A stretch of 32,000 nucleotides of DNA from Mycobacterium tuberculosis H37Rv (GCF_000195955.2 NC_000962.3:240001-272000), one strand, 5' to 3'. Shown: positions 9,038-17,677, numbered from the stretch's first letter. The notes: generated by a model not told the origin, from the sequence alone. A program made the numbers and translations.

Positions 9038-10123
9038 ATGCGCGGACAAGGGCACCAGATTTTCGTCGACGAGCTGGCGCGATTCGCCACCAGCTCCGCC
9101 GACCAGCGGGTAGTGGCGATCGCGCAGCGGGCCGCCGAACCGCTGCGCGTAGCGGTCCGTGGGCGTCCCGGGGTGGGTTGCCGCACGGTGGCGCGCGCCC
9201 TGCAGGGTGCTGGGAGCTCGTCGGGCATGACGGTGACACCGCAAGCACGCGCCGCCGACTCTGACGTCGACCTGGTCGTCTACGTCACCGTCGAGGTAGT
9301 CAAGCCCGAGGACCGCGAAGCCATCGCCGCCACCCGGCGCCCGGTGGTGGCGGTGTTGAACAAGGCCGATCTGGCCGGCCCGCTCTCGGGTGCAGGTCCG
9401 ATCGTGATGGCGCAGGCCCGGTGCGCGCAATTTTCTACACTCCTCGGGGTCCCCATGGAGTCCATGATCGGGTTGCTCGCCGTCGCGGCGCTCGACGATC
9501 TTGATGACACCTTGCGGGCCGTGCTGCGGGCGCTAGCCGCCCACCCCGACGGCTTTGACGCTCTCGACCGAGCCGTTGCGGGGTTTCTGGCGGCAGCCCT
9601 GCCGGTCCCTACCGAGGTACGGTTGCGGTTGCTGGACACCCTCGACCTGTTCGGCATCGCACTGGGCATGGCAGCGTTCCGGCCGGGCCGGCCCTCGCGA
9701 ACCCCGGCGCAGCTCCGCACCCTGTTACGCCGGGTCAGCGGTGTCGACGCCGTCATCGACAAGGTCACCGCCGCCGGTTCTGAGGTGCGCTACCGGCGGT
9801 TGCTTGACGCGGTCGCGGAGCTGGAGGCGCTGGCCGCGCAGGCCAAGGAGATCGGCGGTCCGATCGGTGAGTTCTTGCGCGACGACGACACAGTTCTCGC
9901 CCGGATGGCGGCCGCCGTCGACGTAGCCCTGGCCGTCGGGCTAGACGTTGGCCCGTTGGACGATCCGGCCGCCCACCTGCCGCGGGCGGTGCGGTGGCAT
10001 CGTTACAGCCTGGACAACGGTGACATGCACCGCACGTGCGGCGCGGATATCGCTCGGGGATCCCTTCGGCTGTGGTCGCTGGCCGGCGGCATGCCCCTGC
10101 ACCGATACCGGAAGTCATCGTGA
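9038..10123 (+). CDS. Rv0209, protein of unknown function with a degenerate GTPase-like N-terminal domain (361 aa)
   Basis: Complete ORF. GRPGVGCRT (9161-9187) sits at the Walker A position, with a canonical NKAD G4 box at 9359-9370. The stop overlaps the Rv0210 start (GTGA). Confidence 0.8.
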   Translation: MRGQGHQIFVDELARFATSSADQRVVAIAQRAAEPLRVAVRGRPGVGCRTVARALQGAGSSSGMTVTPQARAADSDVDLVVYVTVEVVKPEDREAIAATRRPVVAVLNKADLAGPLSGAGPIVMAQARCAQFSTLLGVPMESMIGLLAVAALDDLDDTLRAVLRALAAHPDGFDALDRAVAGFLAAALPVPTEVRLRLLDTLDLFGIALGMAAFRPGRPSRTPAQLRTLLRRVSGVDAVIDKVTAAGSEVRYRRLLDAVAELEALAAQAKEIGGPIGEFLRDDDTVLARMAAAVDVALAVGLDVGPLDDPAAHLPRAVRWHRYSLDNGDMHRTCGADIARGSLRLWSLAGGMPLHRYRKSS

Positions 10124-11598
10124 TCCGCGCGGCTAGTGATGACCCGGCCGGGGTGGACGAGCTGGTGGCAGCGATCGCGCCGGGGCTTGCCGGGCTGGGT
10201 TTGCCGGTCATCAACCGCCGCGAGGTGGTGCTGGTGACCGGTCCGTGGCTGGCCGGGGTTAGCGGTGTGCGCGCGGCACTGGCCGAAAGGCTGCCGCAGC
10301 GTAGGTTCGTCGAGACGGCAGAGTTGGGACCCGGCGATGCGCCGGTGGCGGTGGTGTTCGTTGTTTCCGCGGCAACCGCGCTGACCGAATCCGATTGCGT
10401 GTTGCTGGACACCGCCGCGGAGCACACCGATGCGGTGGTAGCTGTGGTGTCCAAGATCGACGTGCACCGCGGCTGGCGTGACGTGCTTACCAGTAACCGC
10501 GACAGGCTGGCCGCGCGCGCGTCCCGCTACGCCCGGGTGCCCTGGGTTGGCGCGGCCGCCGCACCTGAGCTGGGCGAGCCATACCTGGACGACTTGGTCG
10601 CCGCCATCCAGAAACAGCTCGCCGATCCGGCTGTCGCGCGGCGAAACATGTTGCGTGCGTGGGAATCCCGGCTTCTGATGGTCGCGCGGCGGTTCGATGG
10701 CGATGCACAGAGCGCCGGTCGGCGGGCACGGGTCGACGCGTTGCGCCAGCAACGGCGCACGGTCCTGCGGCAGGGGCGTCAATCGAAGTCTGAACACACC
10801 ATCGCGCTGCGCGCGCAGATCCAGCACGCTCGGGTCAAATTGTCCTACTTTGCCCGCAATCGGTGTTCGTTGCTGCGCGTCGAGCTGCAGGAGCACGTCG
10901 CCGGTCTGTCCCGGAAGGACATCGCCAGGTTCGCGGCATACACGCGCGGCCGGGTCCAGGAGGTGGTCGCCGAGGTGGGCGAAGGTGCCGTCGCGCACCT
11001 TGCCGACGTCGCGCAGCTGTTGGGTGTGCCGGTGCAGCCACCGGTCCTCGAGAACCTCCCGGCGGTGCTCCCGACGGTTGTGGCCCCGCCACTGACATCA
11101 CGACGATTGGAGATCCGGCTGACAACACTCTTGGGCGCCGGGTTCGGGCTGGGTATCGCGCTGACCCTGAGCAGGCTGGTGGCGGGTCTTACTCCCGGCC
11201 TGGCTGCATCGGGGATGGTGGCGGGTGTGGCGATCGGCCTGGCGGTGACCGCCTGGGTGGTGAATGCCCGCGCGCTGCTGCACGACCGTGTCGTGGTGGA
11301 CCGCTGGACGGGTGAGGTGACGGCATCGCTGCGGTCCGTGGTGGAGCAGCTGGTCGCCACTCGGGTGGTGGCTGTCGAGACGCTGCTGAGCACCGCGATT
11401 AGTGAACGCGACGACGCCGAGAACGCCCGGGTGGCCGATCAGGTCAGCATCATTGACGGCGAACTGCGCGAACACGCCGTCGCTGCGGCGCGGGCCGCGG
11501 CCCTGCGTGACCGGGAGATGCCGGCGGTGCGGGCCGCACTTGAGGCGGTGCGTGCAGAACTCGGCGAGCCGGGTGCGCCCACAACAGGCCTGTTCTGA
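10120..11598 (+). CDS. Rv0210, protein of unknown function; dynamin-like layout of degenerate GTPase, helical stalk, TM hairpin and helical tail (492 aa)
   Basis: GTG 10120 overlaps the Rv0209 TGA (10121-10123). Motifs: GPWLAGVSG (10240-10266), VVFVVSAATALTESDCVLLD, and SKID (10450-10461). A hydrophobic hairpin spans 11116-11262. The maximal ORF starts at 10036, inside Rv0209. Confidence 0.8.
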   Translation: MIRAASDDPAGVDELVAAIAPGLAGLGLPVINRREVVLVTGPWLAGVSGVRAALAERLPQRRFVETAELGPGDAPVAVVFVVSAATALTESDCVLLDTAAEHTDAVVAVVSKIDVHRGWRDVLTSNRDRLAARASRYARVPWVGAAAAPELGEPYLDDLVAAIQKQLADPAVARRNMLRAWESRLLMVARRFDGDAQSAGRRARVDALRQQRRTVLRQGRQSKSEHTIALRAQIQHARVKLSYFARNRCSLLRVELQEHVAGLSRKDIARFAAYTRGRVQEVVAEVGEGAVAHLADVAQLLGVPVQPPVLENLPAVLPTVVAPPLTSRRLEIRLTTLLGAGFGLGIALTLSRLVAGLTPGLAASGMVAGVAIGLAVTAWVVNARALLHDRVVVDRWTGEVTASLRSVVEQLVATRVVAVETLLSTAISERDDAENARVADQVSIIDGELREHAVAAARAAALRDREMPAVRAALEAVRAELGEPGAPTTGLF

Positions 11599-11781
11599 AG
11601 CTTCTGAATCGTTGTTGTGAGCAGGCTTATACCCGCCCAAGTCTTCCCTGACAAGTTCTGGGCGATAATCTGGATAAAAAGTGTCTCACTAGGTGAGCGG
11701 CCGTATCAGCCTCGCCACCAAGACGGGCATACCTAACCCATACGTAACCGCGAGCACCCGATAACTACGCAGGAGAATTCG

Positions 11782-13602
11782 ATGACCTCAGCGACCATCC
11801 CCGGTCTGGATACCGCGCCGACGAATCACCAGGGGTTGCTGTCCTGGGTCGAAGAGGTCGCCGAGCTCACCCAGCCGGACCGGGTGGTCTTCACTGACGG
11901 CTCGGAAGAAGAGTTCCAGCGGCTCTGCGATCAGCTAGTCGAGGCCGGCACGTTCATCAGGCTCAACCCCGAGAAGCACAAGAACTCCTACCTGGCATTG
12001 TCGGATCCGTCCGATGTCGCGCGGGTGGAGTCGCGGACGTACATCTGCTCGGCGAAAGAGATCGACGCCGGCCCCACCAACAACTGGATGGATCCCGGCG
12101 AAATGCGGTCCATCATGAAAGACCTGTACCGGGGTTGCATGCGCGGGCGCACCATGTATGTGGTGCCGTTCTGTATGGGACCGCTGGGCGCCGAGGACCC
12201 CAAACTTGGTGTGGAGATCACCGACTCCGAGTACGTCGTCGTCTCCATGCGCACCATGACCCGGATGGGCAAGGCCGCGCTGGAGAAAATGGGCGACGAC
12301 GGTTTCTTTGTCAAGGCGCTGCACTCGGTCGGCGCGCCGCTGGAACCGGGCCAAAAGGACGTGGCCTGGCCCTGCAGCGAAACCAAGTACATCACCCACT
12401 TCCCGGAGACCCGGGAGATCTGGAGCTACGGCTCGGGCTACGGCGGCAACGCGTTGCTGGGCAAGAAGTGCTACTCACTGCGTATCGCGTCGGCGATGGC
12501 CCACGATGAGGGCTGGCTGGCCGAGCACATGCTGATCCTCAAGCTGATTTCGCCGGAGAACAAGGCTTACTACTTCGCGGCCGCATTCCCGTCGGCGTGT
12601 GGCAAGACCAACCTGGCGATGCTGCAGCCAACCATCCCCGGCTGGCGTGCGGAGACACTCGGAGACGACATCGCATGGATGCGATTTGGCAAGGACGGTC
12701 GCCTGTACGCCGTCAACCCGGAATTCGGCTTCTTCGGGGTGGCGCCGGGCACCAACTGGAAGTCGAACCCTAACGCCATGCGCACCATTGCCGCCGGCAA
12801 CACGGTGTTCACCAATGTCGCACTCACCGACGACGGCGACGTGTGGTGGGAGGGCCTGGAAGGCGACCCGCAGCACCTGATCGACTGGAAGGGCAACGAC
12901 TGGTACTTCCGCGAGACGGAAACCAATGCGGCACACCCGAACTCCCGGTACTGCACACCGATGTCGCAGTGCCCGATCCTGGCCCCCGAGTGGGATGACC
13001 CGCAGGGCGTCCCGATCTCGGGGATCCTGTTCGGCGGCCGCCGCAAGACCACGGTTCCGCTGGTCACCGAGGCGCGCGACTGGCAGCACGGGGTGTTCAT
13101 CGGTGCGACCCTGGGTAGCGAGCAGACCGCCGCGGCCGAGGGCAAGGTCGGCAATGTGCGCCGCGACCCGATGGCCATGCTGCCGTTTTTGGGCTACAAC
13201 GTTGGGGACTACTTCCAGCACTGGATCAACCTGGGCAAGCACGCCGATGAGTCCAAGCTGCCCAAGGTGTTCTTCGTCAACTGGTTCCGTCGCGGTGACG
13301 ACGGTCGCTTCCTGTGGCCGGGCTTCGGCGAGAACAGCCGGGTGCTGAAGTGGATCGTCGATCGCATCGAGCACAAGGCCGGCGGTGCGACCACCCCGAT
13401 CGGCACCGTTCCCGCCGTGGAGGACTTGGACCTGGACGGACTGGACGTCGACGCCGCCGATGTAGCCGCGGCGCTGGCAGTCGATGCCGATGAATGGCGT
13501 CAGGAACTGCCGCTGATCGAAGAATGGCTGCAGTTCGTCGGCGAGAAGCTGCCGACCGGTGTCAAAGATGAGTTCGACGCCCTGAAGGAGCGCCTAGGTT
13601 AG
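11782..13602 (+). CDS. pckA: GTP-dependent phosphoenolpyruvate carboxykinase (Rv0211, 606 aa)
   Basis: AGGAGA lies 5 nt upstream of the ATG. The kinase-1a P-loop [13 protein letters not shown] is present, with GTP-PEPCK family similarity along the full length. Confidence 0.97.
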
Positions 13603-13603
13603 G

Positions 13604-13663
13604 GCGAGCAGACGCATAAGCCCCCGCACGCACGGCGTGTCGAGGGCTTTAGTGTCTGCTCGC
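13604..13663. terminator. Nested inverted repeats filling the pckA / nadR convergent gap; putative bidirectional terminator without a U-tract
   Basis: The outer stem pairs GCGAGCAGAC (13604-13613) with GTCTGCTCGC (13654-13663). An inner stem pairs AAGCCC (13618-13623) with GGGCTT (13644-13649). A further GCACGC/GCGTGT pairing lies inside that. Confidence 0.5.
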
Positions 13664-13668
13664 GCTCG

Positions 13669-14640
13669 TTAGCGGCGGGCACGCACAAGTTCTTCGACAG
13701 CGCGCAAAGACACCGAAAGCCTCTCTTCCCAACCGCCCGTGATCACCACGAATGATCGTCCCGCGGCGCGGAGAGCCTGCTCGCAGCGGGCGAAAAAGGT
13801 ACCGCGTGCGCCGGGGACACAGCGTCCGTCGTCGGCGTCCCAGGGCACATCGGGCGTGGTGAGCAGTGTGAGATCGTAGGGACGCCGAGCTAGATCACGG
13901 AGCTCTTGCGGGCAGCCGCCCGCCAGGAACTCGGCCCACACGGTCGTCGCGAGCGGATCCGTGTCGCAGATCAGGACGCGATCGGCGTCACGAGCCAAGG
14001 CTTCCTCCGACGCGATCTGTCCGCGAACGATTTCGGCCCACTCCAGTCCTATCAGTGAGCCGCCATTGAGCTCCCGCAACATTTTCGCCCGCTCCGGGAC
14101 CCACTTCGTTCGGAGCTTTTCCGCAACCGCCTGTGCCAGCGTGGTCTTCCCGGTGGATTCGGGTCCGATGATGCTCACGCGTTTGACGAAGGCCGGCCGC
14201 ACGCACCGTGGGATGTGTTGCCAGTGGCCAAGCGGGTCCGCGCGGATGTCGGTTGCAGTCACGGGAACGACGGTGCGACCGTGATCGACCGCCACGAAAC
14301 GCGCTCCGAGGACCTGGGCAAAGTCCGCGTTGTAGGGCTCGGCACCGAAGACGAAGTCGGGGCGGGTTGCCAGCACGCCCTGCAGGCTCGCCTTCCAGAT
14401 GTCCCAGAAGTCCGGGTGCTCCCACGGGCGCTGCGGGTTCTCGTTGGCCAGATGGACCACGCGATCGAAGGGGAACAGCTCCCGCATCCATGCAACGCGC
14501 TGGGCGCCCGGAATCGGCTCTGCTGCCGTTGATCCGACGACGATGGTCAGCTCATCCACCCATCGCCGCGCGAACTCGCAAAGGTAGACGTGTCCCGCAT
14601 GGGGCGGCATGAACTTGCCGAGCACCATTCCGTGTGTCAC
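13669..14640 (-). CDS. nadR: NadR-like bifunctional NMN adenylyltransferase / ribosylnicotinamide kinase lacking the HTH domain (Rv0212c, 323 aa)
   Basis: Nucleotidyltransferase motif GKFMPPHAGH at the N-terminus and Walker A GPESTGKTT in the C-terminal half. The GTG start overlaps the stop of the upstream radical-SAM gene (GTGA, 14637-14640). Confidence 0.9.
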   Translation of the reverse strand: MTHGMVLGKFMPPHAGHVYLCEFARRWVDELTIVVGSTAAEPIPGAQRVAWMRELFPFDRVVHLANENPQRPWEHPDFWDIWKASLQGVLATRPDFVFGAEPYNADFAQVLGARFVAVDHGRTVVPVTATDIRADPLGHWQHIPRCVRPAFVKRVSIIGPESTGKTTLAQAVAEKLRTKWVPERAKMLRELNGGSLIGLEWAEIVRGQIASEEALARDADRVLICDTDPLATTVWAEFLAGGCPQELRDLARRPYDLTLLTTPDVPWDADDGRCVPGARGTFFARCEQALRAAGRSFVVITGGWEERLSVSLRAVEELVRARR

Positions 14641-16070
14641 GACGTCGCCTCAGCGATTCGGCCGGCGATGACATTCTCCCACTCGTCCAGCCGCGAAAGA
14701 AAGTACGCCTCAGCCTCATCGAAGCTGATTCCGACGTCAGGAGCGACCTTGGCTACGACGTCGGCGTAGACCCGGGAGGCCTCTGGGTCGACGAATTCCC
14801 ACTGACCGAGGGGCCATTTCGCGGTGAGATAACCCGCGTCCGAGTACGCTTGGTACAACGGCGTTCCCGGATAGGGGACGATCCGGCTCATGAACTTGAA
14901 GCCGACCGTATACTTTGTTGCCCGCAGCAGGCGGACTGTTTCGCGTAGCTCGTCGGGCTGCACGGTGGGGTGAAACATAATGGTGCCCGGGATAACGTCA
15001 ATGCCGAGCTGTTGCAGGGCGTTGATCGTGTCGGCGGCATCTTGTCCACGAGTGAGGATCTGCTTGCGGTAGGCGCGCAGTTGCTCGTAGGACCCAGTCT
15101 CCACGCCGATGAATACCCGACGCAGGCCCGCCCTGTGCAGATGTTTGAACAAGTCCAGATCGACAACGGAGTCCAGCCGGATATCGACCATGAAGTTGAC
15201 GCTGATCCCCCTCCTGAGTACCGCGTTGGCAAAGTCAGCGGCGCGTTGCTGCGAACCGGGGTGTTTGGAGATAAACAGGTCGTCGGTGATGGATAGGAAG
15301 TTGACGTCGTAGTCCGACACCAGATAATCGATCTCGTCGACGACCGCGTCAACCGACTTCGCCCGGTAGCTGTCCTTCCCTAGCATCGCGGACATGGCCC
15401 CGGTGCCGCAGAACGTGCAGCGGTAGGGGCATCCGCGGGTGGAAAAGACGGAGGCGGCGAAGCCATCAGCAAGGACGGTCGGCAACTCGTCGCGAGCCGG
15501 GCGAGGCAACTCGTCAAGGTCGACCAGCGAGGAGGGTGTGCGCAGGATCTGTCCCTGCTCACTACGGCGGGCTAGTCCCGGGACGTCGTCAACCGCAGCG
15601 TCATTCGCCAGGGCCAAGGCCAGCTTGGTGAACGCTACCTCCCCGTCGCCAACGACGACGTAGTCGAAACAGTCATGCTGGCGCAGGATGCGCTCGTAGT
15701 TCAGTGTTGCCATCGCATTCCCGATGACGATGCGCACGCCATCCCAGGCCTGTCTCGCGCGCTGCGCCAACCACAACACCTCCGGAAATGTGTCGATGCA
15801 GGAAAAGCCGACAAGCCGGGGCGTTCCTGATAAGGCGGCGGCGCTTTGCATGGCCAGCCACGTCTCCTGCACGGACCCGTGGCCGGCGACCAGGCCGTTG
15901 ACGGAGGTGACTGCGATCCCTTGGGTCTTGGCGTATGCCTTGATCGACATCATCCCGAGGTGCTCCATGGGCATGGAGCAATACAGCCACGGATCTCCAA
16001 GCTTGAGTCCGTCAACGTACGACAGCCCGTCTTGACGGACGCCTGGAGGATTGACCAGAAGAGTTGCCAC
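14637..16070 (-). CDS. B12-binding-domain (class B) radical SAM enzyme, annotated as a possible methyltransferase (Rv0213c)
   Basis: CPYRCTFC (CX3CX2C) was read at 15408-15431. The N-terminus VATLLVNPPG... resembles the start of B12-binding radical SAM domains, supporting GTG 16070 (477 aa). I recall a 437-aa form starting at an internal Met. Confidence 0.85.
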   Translation of the reverse strand: MATLLVNPPGVRQDGLSYVDGLKLGDPWLYCSMPMEHLGMMSIKAYAKTQGIAVTSVNGLVAGHGSVQETWLAMQSAAALSGTPRLVGFSCIDTFPEVLWLAQRARQAWDGVRIVIGNAMATLNYERILRQHDCFDYVVVGDGEVAFTKLALALANDAAVDDVPGLARRSEQGQILRTPSSLVDLDELPRPARDELPTVLADGFAASVFSTRGCPYRCTFCGTGAMSAMLGKDSYRAKSVDAVVDEIDYLVSDYDVNFLSITDDLFISKHPGSQQRAADFANAVLRRGISVNFMVDIRLDSVVDLDLFKHLHRAGLRRVFIGVETGSYEQLRAYRKQILTRGQDAADTINALQQLGIDVIPGTIMFHPTVQPDELRETVRLLRATKYTVGFKFMSRIVPYPGTPLYQAYSDAGYLTAKWPLGQWEFVDPEASRVYADVVAKVAPDVGISFDEAEAYFLSRLDEWENVIAGRIAEATS

Positions 16071-16077
16071 GTGGAGA

Positions 16078-16083
16078 ACTTTA
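16078..16083 (-). promoter_or_regulatory. Candidate -10 hexamer (TAAAGT) for a leaderless Rv0213c transcript
   Basis: The minus strand reads TAAAGT-tctccac-GTG (7-nt spacer). No Shine-Dalgarno is present. Confidence 0.4.
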
Positions 16084-16147
16084 CAAACGATTTCGGCTGG
16101 TGATGGGCGGAATTGCGCCCTGCGGCTCTGGTCGCCGGGCCGCGACG

Positions 16148-16153
16148 TACCCT
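16148..16153 (+). promoter_or_regulatory. Candidate -10 hexamer (TACCCT) for a leaderless fadD4 transcript starting at ATG 16160
   Basis: The plus strand reads TACCCT-cggcgc-ATG (6-nt spacer). Confidence 0.4.
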
Positions 16154-16159
16154 CGGCGC

Positions 16160-17677
16160 ATGCAGATTCGCCCGTATATCGGCGCCGATAAGCCCGCCGT
16201 CATCCTGTATCCGTCCGGGACGGTCATCAGCTTCGACGAGTTGGAGGCCCGCGCCAACCGGTTGGCGCATTGGTTCCGCCAGGCTGGTCTGCGCGAGGAC
16301 GACGTCGTGGCCATCCTGATGGAGAACAACGAGCACGTGCACGCGGTCATGTGGGCGGCTCGCCGCAGCGGGTTGTACTACGTGCCGATCAATACCCACC
16401 TGACCGCCTCCGAGGCCGCCTACATCGTCGACAACAGCGGTGCCAAAGCAATTGTCGGTTCGGCGGCGCTGCGCGAGACCTGCCACGGCCTGGCCGAACA
16501 CCTTCCGGGCGGGCTGCCGGACCTGCTGATGCTTGCCGGGGGCGGTCTGGTCGGCTGGATGACCTACCCGGAATGCGTTGCCGATCAACCAGACACCCCG
16601 ATCGAGGACGAACGCGAGGGTGACCTGCTGCAGTACTCGTCGGGAACGACTGGCCGACCGAAGGGAATCAAACGCGAATTGCCACACGTCTCACCGGATG
16701 CGGCACCCGGGATGATGCCGGCACTGCTCGATTTCTGGATGGACGCCGACTCGGTATATCTGAGTCCCGCGCCGATGTACCACACCGCTCCGTCAGTGTG
16801 GACGATGAGCGCACTGGCCGCGGGCGTCACCACCGTCGTGATGGAGAAGTTCGACGCCGAGGGCGCCCTCGACGCCATCCAGCGCTACCGGGTGACCCAC
16901 GCGCAATTCGTCCCGGCCATGTTCGTCCGGATGCTGAAACTCCCTGAAGCAGTTCGTAATTCGTATGACATGTCCAGCCTTAGGCGAGTGATCCACGCGG
17001 CCGCTCCATGTCCAGTCCAGATCAAGGAGCAGATGATTCACTGGTGGGGACCGATCATCGACGAGTACTACGCCTCCTCGGAAGCCAGCGGGTCGACGTT
17101 GATCACAGCCGAGGATTGGTTGACGCATCCGGGTTCGGTCGGCAAGCCCATACAGGGCGGGGTGCACATCGTGGGCGCCGACGGCAGCGAGCTGCCGCCG
17201 AACCAGCCGGGCGAAATCTATTTCGAGGGCGGGTACCCCTTCGAATACCTCAACGATCCGGCGAAAACCGCGGCGTCGCGCAACAAGCACGGCTGGGTAA
17301 CCGTCGGCGACGTCGGCTATCTCGACGACGACGGCTACTTGTTCCTGACCGGCCGGCGCCACCACATGATCATCTCCGGCGGCGTGAACATCTACCCGCA
17401 GGAGGCGGAGAACCTCTTGGTCGCCCACCCCAAGGTGCTCGACGCGGCGGTGTTCGGCGTTCCCGACGACGAGATGGGTCAACGTGTCATGGCCGCGGTG
17501 CAAACCGTCGACTCCGCCGATGCCAACGATCAGTTCGCCGGCGAGCTATTAGCCTGGTTACGAGACCGCTTGTCACACTTCAAGTGTCCAAGGTCGATCG
17601 CGTTCGAACCGCAATTGCCGCGCACCGACACCGGAAAGCTCTACAAGAGCGGGCTGGTCGAAAAATACTCGGTGTGA
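16160..17677 (+). CDS. fadD4: Fatty-acid-CoA ligase / acyl-CoA synthetase FadD4 (Rv0214)
   Basis: AMP-binding motif YSSGTTGRPKGI. The maximal ORF starts at TTG 16064 (537 aa, probably the database model). Its first 32 codons are Arg-rich and overlap the Rv0213c start. Homology-like sequence begins at MQIRPYIGADKPAVILYPSG (ATG 16160). Confidence 0.88.
   Translation: MQIRPYIGADKPAVILYPSGTVISFDELEARANRLAHWFRQAGLREDDVVAILMENNEHVHAVMWAARRSGLYYVPINTHLTASEAAYIVDNSGAKAIVGSAALRETCHGLAEHLPGGLPDLLMLAGGGLVGWMTYPECVADQPDTPIEDEREGDLLQYSSGTTGRPKGIKRELPHVSPDAAPGMMPALLDFWMDADSVYLSPAPMYHTAPSVWTMSALAAGVTTVVMEKFDAEGALDAIQRYRVTHAQFVPAMFVRMLKLPEAVRNSYDMSSLRRVIHAAAPCPVQIKEQMIHWWGPIIDEYYASSEASGSTLITAEDWLTHPGSVGKPIQGGVHIVGADGSELPPNQPGEIYFEGGYPFEYLNDPAKTAASRNKHGWVTVGDVGYLDDDGYLFLTGRRHHMIISGGVNIYPQEAENLLVAHPKVLDAAVFGVPDDEMGQRVMAAVQTVDSADANDQFAGELLAWLRDRLSHFKCPRSIAFEPQLPRTDTGKLYKSGLVEKYSV

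Noticed and set aside
8907-9248. N-terminal 114-codon extension of the trmB ORF (maximal ORF 8115-9248)
   Set aside because: The extension is Arg/Pro-rich and has no TrmB homology features. It would overlap the Rv0209 start by about 210 bp. The TrmB-like sequence begins after ATG 8906.
10003-10998. 331-aa ORF antisense to Rv0210. The same class includes 12475-13374 (-, 299 aa, antisense to pckA), 16793-17503 (-, 236 aa), 15950-16687 (-, 245 aa), 17008-17967 (+, 319 aa), 21607-22434 (+, 275 aa), 9765-10454 (-, 229 aa) and 29442-30110 (-, 222 aa).
   Set aside because: These translations are Arg/Pro/Gly/Ala-rich and low in complexity, with no recognisable motifs. Each lies entirely within, or out of frame with, a well-supported gene. 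Long stop-free shadow frames are expected in ~65% GC DNA.
11580-11619. Hairpin CACAACA…TGTTGTG overlapping the Rv0210 stop, with an internal GAAGCTTC palindrome
   Set aside because: It has only a 7-bp AU-rich stem with a 26-nt loop and no U-tract. The energy is likely marginal, so I do not call it a terminator.
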